A stretch of DNA of 64,000 nt from Gemmatimonadaceae bacterium (GTDB lineage: Bacteria; Gemmatimonadota; Gemmatimonadetes; Gemmatimonadales; Gemmatimonadaceae), in contig JBGAJQ010000007.1 of assembly GCA_044224875.1 (NCBI GenBank), forward strand, positions 32,001-96,000, given 5' to 3'. A model generated the notes under the pieces. It was given only the letters and a program-made list of their open reading frames with translations. It searched no databases and had not been told where the DNA came from. This document shows, piece by piece, positions 40,575 through 50,752 of the stretch; positions within the stretch are counted from its first letter, which is position 1, and every line of letters starts with the position of its first letter. The translations under genes were made by a program, and so were the position numbers.

Positions 40575-42515
40575 ATGCGTTTTCGGGGCGTTTTTTCGGA
40601 CATCCTGCGCATCGCATTAGTCGCCTCGCTCGGGTGCGCCCGACCTGGCGCAGGGCCGTCGACCGCGCCGGCGCCAGAGCGCCAAGGCGCGGAGCTACCG
40701 GCGCCAGCGGAGCTGCCGCCAATCCCGATGGTGACGGGGCCCATCAACGTTCGTGTGGTCTATCCGCAGGAAGGGCAGGTCATACAGGCGCGGGATTCGA
40801 ACTTCATTCTTGGGTCCGTCGGCAGCGGCGGCGTCGCTCTCACCATTGACGGACGTCCGGTGGAGGTACGTCCAAACGGCGCGTTCCTGGCGTTCTTGCC
40901 CGTACCGCGCGCCGATTCTCCCGCCTATCAACTTGTCGTGACTCGTGGGAGGGACACTGTTCGTGTGACGCACCGCGTGGGGGTGCTGTCGCCGCGCCCG
41001 GTGCTGGGTGACACGGATCCGTTGGCCATGGACGCGGCATCGGTGCAGCCCTCGCCGCGCATTGTCCAGCAACTGCGCGCCAGCGACCCGGTGCGGGTCA
41101 GCGTGCGCGCCACGAAGAACGCCAGCGTGGTCCTGCGGTTGTCGTCGGGCGTGGACATCGCCCTGCACAACCTGGCGGCCGACATGGACACCCTGCCTAA
41201 CGCGCTGTCGGCGCGAGGCGGGTCTGGCGGCATGGATCCCGCGTTGTGGTCGACGGATGTGTCCGCGTCGATGCTCGGCAGTGCGGGAACGATGCTGGTG
41301 GCGCGCCGGGGGGCTGACAGTGTCACGGTGCCGGGTCCGCGCGTGACCACGCCCGTGGATGCTCTCCCACAGTATGTGGTATTGGGGACAGCGCCCGGCA
41401 CCATGTCGGACACCGATCGTGTGGTCATCGGCAAGCCGGTCCTCGGCGGCACGTACAAGTGGTTCTTGCTGCCGGGAACCATCGTGGAGCAGACCGGCCG
41501 CGTTGGTGAGTCGATTCGCGTTCAGCTCGATCGATCGCTCGACGTGTGGGTGGACGCGGCGGAAGCCACGCCCTTGGCGCGCGGAACGGCCGCGCCAAGA
41601 CGCGTGACCGCGAATGCGCGAGTGATCGCCGGTCCGAACGAGGAGTGGAGCGATGTGGTGATTCCGATGACCGAGCGCCCCCCGTACGCGATCGATGAGG
41701 GTGAGGAGGGCGGCCAGTCGATCACGCTGACGCTGTACGGCACACAGGCCAACACGGATATCGTGAACTTTGCGACCGCGGCTGGGAACGTCGCACGCGT
41801 CTCATGGGAGCAGGTCGCCAACGACCGGGCGCGATATACCATCCACCTGACGCACGCACCGTACGGATACCTCGTGCGCTGGGAGCCAGGGGCGCTGGTC
41901 GTGCGCGTTAGGCGGCCTCCCGCCGTCGATCGTGAGCGACCCCTGACCGGGCTTACCATCACGGTCGACGCCGGTCATCCGCCAGCTGGGTCCACGGGGC
42001 CAACGGGCCTGTACGAGGCTGTGGCGACCTTGGCGATTGCGCAGCGGGTGTCATCGCTGCTCGAGGCGCGCGGGGCACGGGTGGTGATGACGCGCACGGC
42101 GCCCGGCGCCGTGGCACTGGCCGAGCGCCCCGTGTTGGCACGACGTGCCAATGCGCACGCGTTTGTCTCGCTCCACCTGAATGCCTTGCCTGACGGTGTG
42201 AATCCGTTCACCGCGCACGGCACCGGGACGTACTATTTCAACGGCCACAGCGTGGAGCTCGCCCGACAGGTTCAACGGGGCATGGTGCAGCGGATGGGAC
42301 TGCGCGACCTGGGAACGAACTACGATAATCTCGCCGTGCTGCGCCCGACGTGGATGCCGGCCGTCTTGTGCGAGGGCGCTTTCGTGATCATTCCCGAGCA
42401 GGAAGCGGCCTTGAGGACGCCCGAGTTTCAGCAGCGCTACGCCGAAGGGGTGGTCGACGGGTTGGAGGCCTACTTTCGCGGCATCGGGCGGCAGGGTGCG
42501 GGGCCCAAACCGTGA
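40575..42515 (+). CDS. N-acetylmuramoyl-L-alanine amidase (Amidase_3), lipoprotein
   Basis: SLGC lipobox, VDAGH, E, FVSLHLNA, NLAVLR, VLCEGAF. Confidence 0.9.
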   Translation: MRFRGVFSDILRIALVASLGCARPGAGPSTAPAPERQGAELPAPAELPPIPMVTGPINVRVVYPQEGQVIQARDSNFILGSVGSGGVALTIDGRPVEVRPNGAFLAFLPVPRADSPAYQLVVTRGRDTVRVTHRVGVLSPRPVLGDTDPLAMDAASVQPSPRIVQQLRASDPVRVSVRATKNASVVLRLSSGVDIALHNLAADMDTLPNALSARGGSGGMDPALWSTDVSASMLGSAGTMLVARRGADSVTVPGPRVTTPVDALPQYVVLGTAPGTMSDTDRVVIGKPVLGGTYKWFLLPGTIVEQTGRVGESIRVQLDRSLDVWVDAAEATPLARGTAAPRRVTANARVIAGPNEEWSDVVIPMTERPPYAIDEGEEGGQSITLTLYGTQANTDIVNFATAAGNVARVSWEQVANDRARYTIHLTHAPYGYLVRWEPGALVVRVRRPPAVDRERPLTGLTITVDAGHPPAGSTGPTGLYEAVATLAIAQRVSSLLEARGARVVMTRTAPGAVALAERPVLARRANAHAFVSLHLNALPDGVNPFTAHGTGTYYFNGHSVELARQVQRGMVQRMGLRDLGTNYDNLAVLRPTWMPAVLCEGAFVIIPEQEAALRTPEFQQRYAEGVVDGLEAYFRGIGRQGAGPKP

Positions 42516-42640
42516 CGGGTAGCCGTTTGCCGATCTCGAGATGCCGGATGCAAGCCCCCGATTCCACCTGAACCACCGCGTCACGTCACCACCGCTCGCC
42601 ACGTCTGGTCAAGTCATCGTCCTCTCACCCTCGACGTCTC

Positions 42641-43123
42641 GTGCCACCGTTCATCCACTCACTTGCGTACGTCGCCGGCGATGTCGAGCTCGCCGACGGC
42701 GTGTTTGTCCTACCGTTCGCGGCCATTCGCGGCGATACGGAGAAGATCACGATCGGCGAGGATACGAACATCCAGGATGGCGCGGTGCTTCACGCGGACG
42801 TGGGCGTGCCCTGTACGTTAGGCAGACGCGTGATCGTCGGGCATCGCGCCATCGTGCACGGTGCCATCGTACAGGATGACTGCGTCATCGGCATGGGGGC
42901 CATTGTCCTGAACCGTGCCGTGATTGGCCGAGGGTCGTTTGTTGGAGCTGGAGCGCTCGTGCCGGAGGGGATGGTTGTGCCCCCTCAATCGGTGGTGATG
43001 GGGATGCCGGCCCGGGTCGTGCGGGAGGTAAGCCCGGCCATGACGGAACGCATGGTCGCGGGCGTGGATAGTTACTGTAGGCTGCGCGAGCGACATCGTC
43101 GTGGCGAGTTCGAGCGGCGCTGA
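42641..43123 (+). CDS. Gamma carbonic anhydrase family protein
   Basis: IRGD, TNIQDG, VGHRAIVHG, hexapeptide repeats. Confidence 0.92.
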   Translation: MPPFIHSLAYVAGDVELADGVFVLPFAAIRGDTEKITIGEDTNIQDGAVLHADVGVPCTLGRRVIVGHRAIVHGAIVQDDCVIGMGAIVLNRAVIGRGSFVGAGALVPEGMVVPPQSVVMGMPARVVREVSPAMTERMVAGVDSYCRLRERHRRGEFERR

Positions 43124-43261
43124 GCCTGAATGAATTGGGAAACACCGCGCTTCCGTACGCAATCACCAGCGTTGGGGAAGGTGCCACGGGCCGTCGCCGG
43201 GTGGCGAGGTGGGGTGGGGGGTACGCGCGGTGGGAATGGTCCGGATGGGATGCGGGATGCG

Positions 43262-43270
43262 TTTTCCACA
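43262..43270 (+). promoter_or_regulatory. Candidate DnaA box upstream of nrdJ
   Basis: TTTTCCACA matches TTWTNCACA. Confidence 0.35.
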
Positions 43271-43296
43271 CGGACGCAATGCTCGTGATGTTGAAT

Positions 43297-43312
43297 ATGC
43301 AACACGTTGTCA
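43297..43312. promoter_or_regulatory. Candidate NrdR box upstream of nrdJ
   Basis: atgCAACACGTTGtca palindrome resembles the NrdR box acaCwAtATaTwGtgt and lies in an AT-richer patch. Confidence 0.4.
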
Positions 43313-43448
43313 GTTTGGCAGTTACAAGTACACTGGCGCGCTTTCACGTGTGCTGCTAGGTTGCGCCCCCCGCAGTGAATCTGGACCAGACTGTTACAGA
43401 ACCGTCGATCGCCCCCGCACGACCGTTACACTTCGCTGGAGGACCCCG

Positions 43449-45962
43449 ATGCCCCTTCCGACCAAGCCACCTGCCGGTCCCCTCTCGCTCACCTCGAACG
43501 CGCTGACGGTGCTTGAGAAGCGCTACCTGGTGCGAGACGCGAAGGGGAAGCCGACAGAGACGCCAGAGCAGCTATTCTGGCGTGTGGCGACCGTGGTCGC
43601 GGAGGCGGACCGCCGCTATGGGTCTTCTGAAGGGGCGGTGAACGAGGTGGCTGACGCGTTCTATCGTCTGATGACGGAGCGACGCTTTGTGCCCAACTCG
43701 CCGACGCTCATGAACGCGGGGCGTCCACTGGGGCAACTGTCGGCGTGTTTCGTTCTCCCCGTGGAGGACGCGCTCTCGAACGGCCAGGCGGGCATCTATG
43801 ATACGCTGAGGGCCATGGCCCTCATCCATCAGAGTGGCGGTGGCACCGGTTTCTCGTTCTCACGCCTGCGCGCCAAGGGTTCCATGGTGCGCTCCACGAC
43901 CGGTGTGGCGTCGGGGCCCGTGTCCTTCATGAAGCTGTACGACGCCTCCACCGACGCGGTGAAGCAAGGCGGGACTCGGCGTGGCGCGAACATGGGCATC
44001 CTTCGCGTCGATCATCCGGACATCATGGAATTCGTGACCTGCAAGGAAGACCTCACGCAGATCACCAACTTCAATATTTCCGTGGCGGTCACACGGAAGT
44101 TCATGGAAGCCGTGAAGGCCGGCACCGCGTACGATCTCGTTGATCCCTCCAATGGCAAGGTGGCCGGGCAGCTGGACGCCAAGATGGTTTGGGACAAGAT
44201 GATCGAGGGGGCATGGCGCACCGGTGAGCCTGGCGTCTTCTTCATCGACGAGGCCAACCGCTACAACCCCGTTCCGCACCTCGGGTCCTATGAGGCCACC
44301 AACCCGTGCGGCGAGCAACCGCTCCTGGCCTACGACGTCTGCAACCTCGGCAGCATCAACGTTGGCTATTACGTAGTCAACGGCGAGATGGACTGGGCAG
44401 CCTTCCGTCGCGATGTGCACCTGTCGACGCATTTCCTCGACAACATCATCGACGTCAACAAGTACCCGCTCCCTGAGATCGATGCGCTGTCCAAGCGGAT
44501 TCGGCGAATCGGACTCGGCATCATGGGCTTCGCGGATGCTCTCGTTAGGCTTGGCATCGCCTACGACTCTCCCGAAGGGGTGGAGTTCGGCCGACGGCTG
44601 ATGGAGTTCGTGGACGTTGAGTCGAAGAAGGAATCGCAGCGGCTCGCCGAGGAGCGTGGCGCCTTCCCCGAATGGGCTCGGTCCATCTGGGGGCCAGACG
44701 AGACGTGCGCGCGCGATGCTGGCGGCACCCGCATCCGACCGATGCAGCTCCTTCGCAACTGCAACGTCACCACCGTGGCGCCCACGGGCACGATCTCCAT
44801 CATCGCCGGCTGCTCCTCAGGCCTTGAGCCGCTTTTTGCCGTCGCCTTCATGCGAAATCAGGCCGGCGTCATGATGCCGGATGTGAACGAGGACTTCGTC
44901 GCCATCGCAAAGCGTGAAGGCTGGTACAGCGACGAGCTCATGGAGCGCATCGCAAAGCAGGGGCACATCCACTTTGAGGAAGTGCCGGACCGTTGGCAGA
45001 AGGTTTTCGTGACGGCCAACGAGATCCGCCCCGAGTGGCACATCAAGATGCAGGCGGCCTACCAGGAAAACACAGATTCCGCCATTTCGAAGACGACGAA
45101 CTTCGCCCACACAGCGACGCAGGAAGACGTCCGCGCCATCTACGAGATGGCTTACGACATGAACTGCAAGGGCGTCACTGTGTACCGCGACGGGTCACGC
45201 GACAACCAGGTCCTCTCGACTGGCCAGACGGAGAGCGCCAAGGCCGCTCGCGATGGCGCGCCCGTCGGTGAAGGGGATAAGCGCGCGGTTGGTGAGTTGC
45301 ACGGTACAATCGCCGAACTCAATGCGGAAATCGAGCGCCTCAAGCGCGCGTTGTTCGACGCCGAGAGCGAAAACCTGCAGCGCCGGGCCAAGCGGGCGCG
45401 ACCCGATAAGCTCCGTTCGACGTCCATCCGTAAGGAAACACCGTTAGGCACCATGTACGTCCACATCAGTGAGGACGAGCGTGGCCAGCCGTTCGAGGTC
45501 TTCATCAATCTCGGCAAGGCCGGCGGTTCAGCCATGGCGGACGCCGAGGCCATGGGGCGAATGATCTCGCTCGCCATGCGGTCCGGTATCCCCCTGATGG
45601 AGATCCACCGGCAGCTGCGGGGCATCTCGTCCGATCGCGCAGTTGGACTGGGTCCAAACAAGGTGCTTTCGGTACCGGACGCGATCGGCATGGCCCTGCA
45701 TGAATGGCACATGGAAAAACAGGGCGTGCAGCAGGAGCTGTTGCGTGATCGTCCGGCAGGCGCCGGCGCTCCTCCGGCAGCTGAGACGGTCAACGTGGTG
45801 ATGCCGGTCTTGCGGACAGGCAGCGGTGAGCAGATGGAGTTCCTGCCCTACGAGGAAACGGCCAAGAGCTTCATTGGCACCTGCCCGGACTGCGGCTCGC
45901 AATTGGAGTTCGCCGAGGGCTGCGTGAAGTGCCACGTGTGCGGATTCTCGGAGTGCGGCTAA
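43449..45962 (+). CDS. nrdJ: Class II (B12-dependent) ribonucleotide reductase with C-terminal TSCPD-like domain and Zn ribbon
   Basis: PNSPTLMNAG, LSACFV, RRGANMG, ATNPCGEQ, APTGTIS, CKGVTVYRDGSR, CPDC..CHVC. GGAGG before ATG 43449. Confidence 0.96.
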   Translation: MPLPTKPPAGPLSLTSNALTVLEKRYLVRDAKGKPTETPEQLFWRVATVVAEADRRYGSSEGAVNEVADAFYRLMTERRFVPNSPTLMNAGRPLGQLSACFVLPVEDALSNGQAGIYDTLRAMALIHQSGGGTGFSFSRLRAKGSMVRSTTGVASGPVSFMKLYDASTDAVKQGGTRRGANMGILRVDHPDIMEFVTCKEDLTQITNFNISVAVTRKFMEAVKAGTAYDLVDPSNGKVAGQLDAKMVWDKMIEGAWRTGEPGVFFIDEANRYNPVPHLGSYEATNPCGEQPLLAYDVCNLGSINVGYYVVNGEMDWAAFRRDVHLSTHFLDNIIDVNKYPLPEIDALSKRIRRIGLGIMGFADALVRLGIAYDSPEGVEFGRRLMEFVDVESKKESQRLAEERGAFPEWARSIWGPDETCARDAGGTRIRPMQLLRNCNVTTVAPTGTISIIAGCSSGLEPLFAVAFMRNQAGVMMPDVNEDFVAIAKREGWYSDELMERIAKQGHIHFEEVPDRWQKVFVTANEIRPEWHIKMQAAYQENTDSAISKTTNFAHTATQEDVRAIYEMAYDMNCKGVTVYRDGSRDNQVLSTGQTESAKAARDGAPVGEGDKRAVGELHGTIAELNAEIERLKRALFDAESENLQRRAKRARPDKLRSTSIRKETPLGTMYVHISEDERGQPFEVFINLGKAGGSAMADAEAMGRMISLAMRSGIPLMEIHRQLRGISSDRAVGLGPNKVLSVPDAIGMALHEWHMEKQGVQQELLRDRPAGAGAPPAAETVNVVMPVLRTGSGEQMEFLPYEETAKSFIGTCPDCGSQLEFAEGCVKCHVCGFSECG

Positions 45963-46183
45963 GCGGCAGGCAGCAGCAACGTTAGGGACGACACGCCGCG
46001 CCTGCGACGCACGGCAATCCAGACGGACCGCTCAAGTTGAGCGAACAAGAAATGAGTGCCGCCTGACCTCCGTGGTCAGGCGGCACTTTGCTCTATTGTG
46101 ACGACACGAGACACGTCCAACTTTGTCCCAGGTCGCGGCGGGCGCCAACACCGTACCTCCGGCTGACGCCCGCCGATGTTCCG

Positions 46184-47299
46184 CTACGGAATCCGAGTCA
46201 CAGTCCACACCACGGGCGTGGCATACGACTGAGTTTGCCGGAAGCCGACGATTTGCCAACTGGCGTTGATAGCCCGCGCCGTTGAGAACGAGGCACTCAG
46301 TGGTGAGAGGTGCAACCGAAGGGTGCCCGCGACGGGTGACCAGAAGTAGGCATCTCGAATCGAACTGCGGCCCGGATCGAGATCTTCGCTCCAGCCAACG
46401 ACCGCCGGACCCGCCGTGCTGCCCAACGCTGCGTTCACCGTGCCACCGAGCGTCGGAATGGGTCGCAGGTCGCCCGGCAAGTCGGTGATGAAGGCGTGGG
46501 ACGCACCCAAGGGCGTGGCATCCATGTAGTAGTTACCGACCAGTGGTGGTCCACTCGTTAGGACCGCGCGCCGTCCCTTGCGTCCGTAGTCGACGATGGT
46601 GCCGTCAGTGTAGGCGATGGCGGCGTGCTCGGCGGGATCTCCAGCGAAAATGGCTCCGCCGGCGATCAGCCCAGCATCATCGACGTCGTTGGCGTGAATC
46701 ATCGCACCCAGCGGGTGCATGCGTGAGTCGGACCCGAAGAAGAAGGCTCTGGAGGAACCTGCCTTGGTCTCACTCACTCCCACTACGATGGTGTTGTTGT
46801 TGATCTTTGTGGCGGAACTGGCACCGCCCAACGACCCGATCGGCTTGATGCCGATGCGCCAGTCATAGATGAAGGCGCGACCGCCGCCCAACGTGTACGG
46901 GTCAAAGTTGGTCGTACCTGTGATGCGACCGTTGTCATTGATGCCAGTCGCCATGCTGGTGACCTCCGCGCCGCGCGAGAGATCCTCGATAGACCCTGAC
47001 GCGATGTTCCAGAGTACGGCGTGTGGAATGCCGCCACCGTACGCGGAAGGGAAGCAGCTCCAACCCACGACGTCGCCATAGGCGTTGATGTCATAGGCTT
47101 GCCCACCGCCGGGCATGCCGCCGCATCCTGAGCCGGGATAGCCAAGGGTTGGCAGGTCGGTCTCCGTGATCATCCACCCGCCGTCTGGCGTGATGACCTG
47201 CGAGACCGTCATGGGGAGTGCGCTCGTTGGGCCTGACGGATCGGCCTGGCACGCGGCCAGTGTAACGAGAGCGCAAAGTACTGTGACGCTGCGTCTCAT
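46184..47299 (-). CDS. Lipoprotein with HAF-type extracellular repeats
   Basis: LAAC lipobox. Repeated LPTLG..A..IN..G.VVG..HA units. Confidence 0.8.
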   Translation of the reverse strand: MRRSVTVLCALVTLAACQADPSGPTSALPMTVSQVITPDGGWMITETDLPTLGYPGSGCGGMPGGGQAYDINAYGDVVGWSCFPSAYGGGIPHAVLWNIASGSIEDLSRGAEVTSMATGINDNGRITGTTNFDPYTLGGGRAFIYDWRIGIKPIGSLGGASSATKINNNTIVVGVSETKAGSSRAFFFGSDSRMHPLGAMIHANDVDDAGLIAGGAIFAGDPAEHAAIAYTDGTIVDYGRKGRRAVLTSGPPLVGNYYMDATPLGASHAFITDLPGDLRPIPTLGGTVNAALGSTAGPAVVGWSEDLDPGRSSIRDAYFWSPVAGTLRLHLSPLSASFSTARAINASWQIVGFRQTQSYATPVVWTVTRIP

Positions 47300-47475
47300 A
47301 TGTCGGACCTCCGACAGAAGCCGTGGCACGCTCGCTCGCGAGGGCCGTCGAAGGGGCTGCGTCGCCGCTCGTGCGCCTGAAGCGTGGCTCACGTTGTGCA
47401 TCAGAACGGTACGGGACCCGCCATATGCAAACTGTCGGCCCTTGCCCGACGCGACGTAGGGTCGCGCTCGACGTC

Positions 47476-48228
47476 TCAGTCTGGGTCAGCGGCCGAGGAA
47501 TGGGTGTCCACCGCCGCAACCGACGCATGGAACGCAGCGCGCCGCCGCCGCGACACGGGCACGTGGGCGCCAGAGGCGAGGATGGCCACGACTTCTCCTG
47601 TAGGCTTGCGCGCGAGCTCGCGAACGGCGCCAATTCGCACCAGCGCTTGTCGGTGCGCACGCTCGAAGCCATGTCGGCGCACACGTTCTTCGAGCGCGTT
47701 CAAGGACTCCCGCACCAGATAGCTGCGCGATCCCACCCACAGCCGAGAGTAGTTGTCCGCCGATTCCATCCAGTCGATCTCGCGAAGCCGAAGCACCACG
47801 GTACCTCGCGGTGTGTTCACGACCAATCCCGCCTCACGATCAGACCCTTCTGAACGCTGCAGCCGACGGAGTACTCGGTGAATGCTCGCCGCAAAACGCT
47901 CCTGGCTGACGGGCTTTACCAGGTAGTCCATGGCCTCGGCGTCGAAGGCCTTGAGGGCAAACTCGTCATACGCCGTGAGGAACACCACGACCGGCATGCG
48001 AGCCGACGTTCGTTGACGGATCACCTCGAACCCGTCCATCCCCGGCATCTGGATATCAAGGAATACCACGTGCGGTTTGACGTCGTCCAGCGCGCGCAGC
48101 ACTTCTCGGCCGTTGCGACACTCGACGGCAACATGAAACTGTGGAAAGGCATCCAACAGTTGCCGCACGCCTCGACGGGCCGCGGGCTCGTCATCGGCTA
48201 TGAGCACCTTCCAGTCACCGGTCGCCAC
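47476..48228 (-). CDS. LytTR-family response regulator
   Basis: IADDEP, FLDIQMP, FLTAYD, DYLVKP, ESADNY, FERAHR, VPVSRR. GTG at 48228. Confidence 0.93.
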   Translation of the reverse strand: MATGDWKVLIADDEPAARRGVRQLLDAFPQFHVAVECRNGREVLRALDDVKPHVVFLDIQMPGMDGFEVIRQRTSARMPVVVFLTAYDEFALKAFDAEAMDYLVKPVSQERFAASIHRVLRRLQRSEGSDREAGLVVNTPRGTVVLRLREIDWMESADNYSRLWVGSRSYLVRESLNALEERVRRHGFERAHRQALVRIGAVRELARKPTGEVVAILASGAHVPVSRRRRAAFHASVAAVDTHSSAADPD

Positions 48229-49363
48229 GTTCACGCTCCGGAACGAGTTCGCGATACGGCAGGCGCAATGTTGCCTTCGTTCCTGTTGGTTCGGCAGGTA
48301 CAACCTCGAGAGACGCTGCATCGCCATAGAGGACCTGCAAGCGCTCCCTCGTGTTTTCGATCCCATGTCCCATGGCTGGCACCAGGGTTCCGATACCTGG
48401 TCCATCGTCGACCACCGTCACCTCCAACACGGCTCCATCACGACGCGCCGAGATAGCGACGCGACCAGCGTCTTCACGCCGCGCGACGCCATGACGGATG
48501 GCGTTCTCCACGAGGTGTTGAATGCTGAAGTCGGGAACCGCCGCCAAGCGCAACACCTCGGGAATGCTCACGTCTGGCTTCAGGCGATCCGGGAATCGCG
48601 CCTGCTCGATGGCGAGGTACTCCTCTACCAATGCCATCTCTTCATCGAGGGTGACTTCAGCGGACCGATGACGCCTGAGCGTGCGGCGGAGCAGGGCGCT
48701 GAGGTGTTCGATCACACGAACCGCACCCACGCGATCTCCCTCGCGCGCCAAGACGGCGACGGTGTTCAGCGTGTTGAACATGAAATGCGGATTCAGCTGC
48801 GCCTGGAGTGCGGCAAATCGGGCGGTCGCTAGCTGCTCGGACACACGGGCGAGTTGTACCTCACGGTCGCGTGCCTCCGAGAAGTAGCCAATGGCGTGCG
48901 CCATGGCAGCTACGGTAGCGTAGACGACCACACCGAATGGAATGGTGGTGAAAACCCAGGACGCCACGTCTCTTGCGATGGAGGCGCGCAGCCCCGTCTG
49001 CGACAGGCTGGCGCGCAGCTTTTCTGGTTCAAGGAGGGCGATCAGCGCTCCCTGGAGTAGTTTGCCAACCACGGCCCACACCAGGCAGAAGAGCAACGCG
49101 AAGCCAAGGTGCACCATGAACCGCCGCGCGACGTTCGGCCGAACCACGGGCCATCTTGCCGAGATCTGGAAGATGAATGGCGTGACAATCGCGTAGGCAA
49201 TCCAGTCCCCGAACGTGAAAAACAAGTTCACGGCGGTGGGCGGGTCCCATCCTTGAAGGCGCCCCTGCACCAGGCGATTCAAGACGTTGAATACCGCCGG
49301 CCACAACCAGATGGCGGAGACGAGCATCCACGGTTTGAGTCGGGTGTTTGACGCGCTGGGCAT
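48215..49363 (-). CDS. LytS-type membrane histidine kinase
   Basis: N-terminal TMs, LQAQLNPHFMFNTLN, EQARF, LVENAIRHG, DDGPG. Confidence 0.93.
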   Translation of the reverse strand: MPSASNTRLKPWMLVSAIWLWPAVFNVLNRLVQGRLQGWDPPTAVNLFFTFGDWIAYAIVTPFIFQISARWPVVRPNVARRFMVHLGFALLFCLVWAVVGKLLQGALIALLEPEKLRASLSQTGLRASIARDVASWVFTTIPFGVVVYATVAAMAHAIGYFSEARDREVQLARVSEQLATARFAALQAQLNPHFMFNTLNTVAVLAREGDRVGAVRVIEHLSALLRRTLRRHRSAEVTLDEEMALVEEYLAIEQARFPDRLKPDVSIPEVLRLAAVPDFSIQHLVENAIRHGVARREDAGRVAISARRDGAVLEVTVVDDGPGIGTLVPAMGHGIENTRERLQVLYGDAASLEVVPAEPTGTKATLRLPYRELVPERERGDR

Positions 49364-49439
49364 GTTCCCACCGTACGGGGGGAGCAGGGTGAGCGCAACC
49401 TCGCATGAGCGCCACGAGCAGGCGGTCGGGGATGTCCGA

Positions 49440-49470
49440 CCGCTCCCGTCAGTACGGACGCCGTTCCCGT
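49440..49470 (+). promoter_or_regulatory. Candidate LytTR binding site (direct repeat, 21-bp period)
   Basis: CCGCTCCCGT at 49440 and CCGTTCCCGT at 49461, between the divergent kinase and DUF1624 genes. Confidence 0.55.
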
Positions 49471-49533
49471 ATGGACGATTGCCGCGAGATCGGCGCACGG
49501 TGAGTTTCGTTCGACTCCAATACCGGGGGCGCG

Positions 49534-50706
49534 ATGCCAGGTACGGAAGCGTCGGCAAGAGCATCTTCCGATCGACTGTGGTCGATCGACGTCGTGCGCG
49601 GACTGGTCTGTGTACTGATGGCGATCGACCACGTGCGCGTGTACTCCGGACTCCCCGCGGGCGGCCCGACGGCCGGCATCTTCCTCACGCGATGGGTCAC
49701 GCACTTTGTCGCCCCGGCGTTTTGTTTCTTTGCGGGGACCGCGGCGTACTTCCTGGGCAGGCGACTGGCGAACACCGCGCGCCTTCGTCAGTTCCTAGTC
49801 ACCCGCGGGCTCCTGCTGGTTGTGTTGGAGCTCACGGTGATCCGGTTTCTATGGTCCTTCAACCCGAACTTGGCCGAATTCTCGCTGGCGGGTGTGATCT
49901 GGATGCTGGGTTGGTGCATGGTGGTGCTCGCGCTCGTCGTGGGGTGGCCAGCGCGGCGCGTCGGTTGGGCCGGCGTCGCCGTGGTGCTGCTGCAGCAATT
50001 CTTTGGGTTGGTCCCCCGAATACCGGGGTTGCAGCCGATCACACCGGTTTGGGCGTTTGTGTATCCATCGGGTGCAGGCGCCCCGTTCGGTATGGAGGTC
50101 CTGTATGTGCTGGTGCCGTGGGTCGGCGTGATGATGGCGGGCTATGGATTTGGCGTTCTGATGGAGCTGGAAGGTGAGCGTCGTCGACAGCTCCTACTCA
50201 GGATCGGCGGTGGCATGACCCTTGTGTTTCTCATCGCAGCGACCGCCCTGGCCATGGCGACCGGTGGTGGCGATGGCGGACGTGTGGGTGTGCCGGAGGC
50301 ACCGCTGTGGATTCGTGTGTTGGGGCAGCAGAAGTATCCGGCGTCGCAGCTCTTTCTGTTGATGACGCTGGGCCCCACGATCGCGCTGCTCCCCTATGCG
50401 GAACGTTGGCGAGGGGTGGCAGGCCGCGTTCTCAACACCTTCGGTCGAGTGCCGATGTGGTACTACCTCGTGCACCTGCTGGTCATCCATGTTGCGGCAC
50501 TGCTGGTCACGGCACTGCGCACGGGGGCGCTTCACCCGGAGTGGTTCGCCACCGCGCCGTATACGCAAGTCCCGCCGGAGGGGATGTGGTCCTTGGGGCT
50601 GTTGTACGCGGTGTGGGCGGGGTGCATCCTCGCGCTCTATCCGCTTTGCGCCTGGTATGCCCAGAGAAAGGCGAGGGCGCCCTCGGGTTGGATGAAGTAC
50701 GTGTAG
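49534..50706 (+). CDS. DUF1624 / HGSNAT-like membrane protein
   Basis: SIDVVRGL..MAIDHVR, TRWVTHFVAP, KYPAS, FGRVPM.YY..H. Confidence 0.85.
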   Translation: MPGTEASARASSDRLWSIDVVRGLVCVLMAIDHVRVYSGLPAGGPTAGIFLTRWVTHFVAPAFCFFAGTAAYFLGRRLANTARLRQFLVTRGLLLVVLELTVIRFLWSFNPNLAEFSLAGVIWMLGWCMVVLALVVGWPARRVGWAGVAVVLLQQFFGLVPRIPGLQPITPVWAFVYPSGAGAPFGMEVLYVLVPWVGVMMAGYGFGVLMELEGERRRQLLLRIGGGMTLVFLIAATALAMATGGGDGGRVGVPEAPLWIRVLGQQKYPASQLFLLMTLGPTIALLPYAERWRGVAGRVLNTFGRVPMWYYLVHLLVIHVAALLVTALRTGALHPEWFATAPYTQVPPEGMWSLGLLYAVWAGCILALYPLCAWYAQRKARAPSGWMKYV

Positions 50707-50752
50707 CGTGTGAGCCGTCGAAGCTGACGGAACGGTGGCCAGCACCGCTCCG

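Noticed and set aside
43130..43260. Cobalamin riboswitch upstream of nrdJ (GGGAA, GGGAAGG and GCCAC words)
   Set aside because: The elements are in the wrong order and the B12 box is not evident. An Rfam/Infernal search would settle it.
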